Origin: Phyllosticta citribraziliensis
Taxonomy: Eukaryota
Length of the DNA stretch: 64,000 nucleotides
Assembly: GCF_038025025.1 (NCBI RefSeq)
Contig: NW_027117339.1
Location: forward strand, 868,001-932,000
Direction: 5' to 3'
Notes under the pieces: generated by a model
Told to the model about the DNA's origin: nothing
The model's input: only the letters and a program-made list of their open reading frames with translations
Databases searched by the model: none
In this document: one piece after another, positions 62,013 through 64,000 of the stretch
How the letters are laid out: every line of letters starts with the position of its first letter
Numbering within the stretch: position 1 is the stretch's first letter
Translations under genes and position numbers: made by a program

Positions 62013-62950
62013 AAAAAAAAAAAAAAAAAGAAAGACGCTCACGGCATGACTCGCCATTATCCGCTGCCCTTTTACTGCCTTGCCAGTTGCCACCCGCCGC
62101 TCATCATCCGCCATGACCATAGCCCATCCATACGTGTTTGTTGTGTTGGCTGTGGCCGCAGCTGTCCGTAAATCACTCATCACTCATCGCTCATCCACCA
62201 TATCCGGGTCCTTGCGGAGAGACAACAACAAGACACCTCATACATACCTCACACCTCACAACTCGCGCGTCGTGCCAACAAAGCAGCAGAGAAAGAAAAA
62301 AAGGCAGCTAGCTAGTCAGTCAGTTAGCAAAAAAGCCGCCTGATCAGCCTCAGCCCCAGCCGCGGCCGCCGCGGCAACCCCCCCCTCGCTCTCTTTCTCT
62401 CGGTCTCTCCCTGACGATCAGTCAACAGATCAGTCAACACACGGACGCCGTGCGGAGGCACCGGTGAGTCTGTTGGCAGGCGAGGAATTTTGTTTTGTTT
62501 CTAGAAGGCCAGCAGAGCAATGATTGATGGCCATGGCGAGTCAGGCTGGGTGGAGAGGCTCGGTCGGTAAACTCGGTACGTCGGGTGTGTTGAGTCGTGT
62601 CGTGCTGCGGGGAGCGGCGGGAGTGTGTGCGTTCCTGCGTGCGTGGACAGAGACAATGGACGGATTGACTGGAGGGAGGCTTGGGGTGAGATGGCGGGCT
62701 AGCTAGCTGGCTTTGTGCGGTTGGTGTCTATCCGCTTGTCGTCTGCTAGTGAGGAAGTACATGCTGTCTCTCTCTCTCTGTGGAGTGACGACGACAAAGA
62801 TGTGGAGACGACGGAAACGTCTCCAGGTCATTATGTTCGCCTGCTCGCTCCCCGTCCGTCGCTCGCTCACCAGGAGATGTGATAGTACGGGGTGAGAAGA
62901 AGGCCATGGCGCAAGAATTGCCAAAGACAGCAAGCGAGTGACGAAACCGC

Positions 62951-62985
<35 letters not shown>

Positions 62986-63188
62986 AAAACCCGAAAGCTC
63001 CGTTTATATCCGTCGGAACCCCCCAGCATCCAGCAGCCAGCAGCCAACGAGCACGTACAGTACGGCAGTCGGCGACGCCGCGAGTCCGACCGACCGAGAC
63101 CGTACGTCCGTCTAGTTGTCCGTTCGGTCCAAAAAGAGCTGATCCAGGGAGTTTTAGGTGGCTGGCTGGCTGGCTGGCTGGCTGGCTG
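62013..63188. repeat. Poly-A (62013-62029), (GGCA)n (~62953-62985) and (GGCT)n (~63160-63188) simple repeats
   Basis: Read directly from the sequence. Confidence 0.85.
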
Positions 63189-64000
63189 CCGGAGCGTCAG
63201 GGACCCGGGCAGACAGGTACGGGGGTGGATGCATGCGGGGGTGGGTTGGCGTTAGTCAGGGACGGACGGGGGACACGAGTAGTGGTGGTGGTGAGCGAAT
63301 TTGGAGGGAGCGTGGAGTGCGAGCGAACCGGGGGAGGCGGCGGCGGGGGCATGGTGAGCGATGCGTTGTAGCAAGGAGAGTTGAATTGAGCTGATTTTGT
63401 GTGAAATGGTAGCGGTGGTTTGCGTGTATGGTGGAGTATACGCTTCGGCAGCTGTGGCGCATTAGTGGTATGTAAGTACATAGCCCAGCCACACTGCTAC
63501 TTCAGGCATTTCAGGCTCTAGATAGTGTTAGTTGAGAAGATAGGCCTGGAAACAAGGCATCATGTACATGGCATTAAAAAAAAAAACGGCGGCATACCTG
63601 CTTACTTGTGGTGGGTTAGCTTACACAATTGACGGCCATCACTCGACCGCATCCTCCAAGCCAACGTTCAATCCGCATTCAACATCCAGATGCATCCACA
63701 CGTGTCGAAATGCACATTTCGAAAAAATAAATTCAGGATGTACAAATGTGGCGGGGACGGCAGGCAGACAGGCAGGGGTAACACAAGCCAAAAGACAAGA
63801 GAAAAAAAACAACAGGTAAGCGGGACCGCTACGCCCCCCGCCACAGCCGCCAGGAACCGATGGAGACAAGGGGCAGGGAAAGGGGGGCGGCAATCCAACG
63901 GGCCAAGCTAGCCAGCTGCCAGCCAGCCAGGGCGACACACGGAGAGGCGTGGGCTGGCGAGAGCCGGAGAGAAAAAGGGGAGCCGGTTCGTTGTTGGTGG

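Noticed and set aside
61025..64000. Possible gene at the window end
   Set aside because: Only simple repeats and a lone GTGAGT donor-like site (~62464); no supportable CDS

Overview
Gene-dense, GC-rich eukaryotic DNA from a filamentous ascomycete (short GT-AG introns with CTRAC branch sites, abundant intergenic microsatellites; Dothideomycete-like, lineage not provable here). About 21 intron-containing or single-exon genes were reconstructed by hand. In order: 60S acidic P1 (partial), CUB1/UPF0662-like, small SET protein, TRAPPC13-like, DENN+C1 Rab-GEF, SDR, mitochondrial malonyl-CoA:ACP transacylase, Zn2Cys6 + left-handed beta-helix acetyltransferase-like fusion, NirA-like TF, chorismate synthase, a membrane protein, TAF13, P-loop kinase, DUF3431 protein, a Zn2Cys6 TF broken by one TAA inside its zinc cluster, LST8, a multi-repeat Q/N-rich orphan, FMT1, CCZ1, SAP-like protein, GPI-type aspartic protease and lipoate ligase. 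No transposon, tRNA, rRNA or CRISPR could be supported. Most notable: the nonsense codon in the zinc cluster, the TF-pseudoacetyltransferase fusion with a possible intron-retention switch, the prion-like orphan, and an unexplained ~3 kb gap starting with a telomere-template-like 12-mer (speculative telomerase RNA candidate). Family assignments are from remembered motifs; no database search was run.
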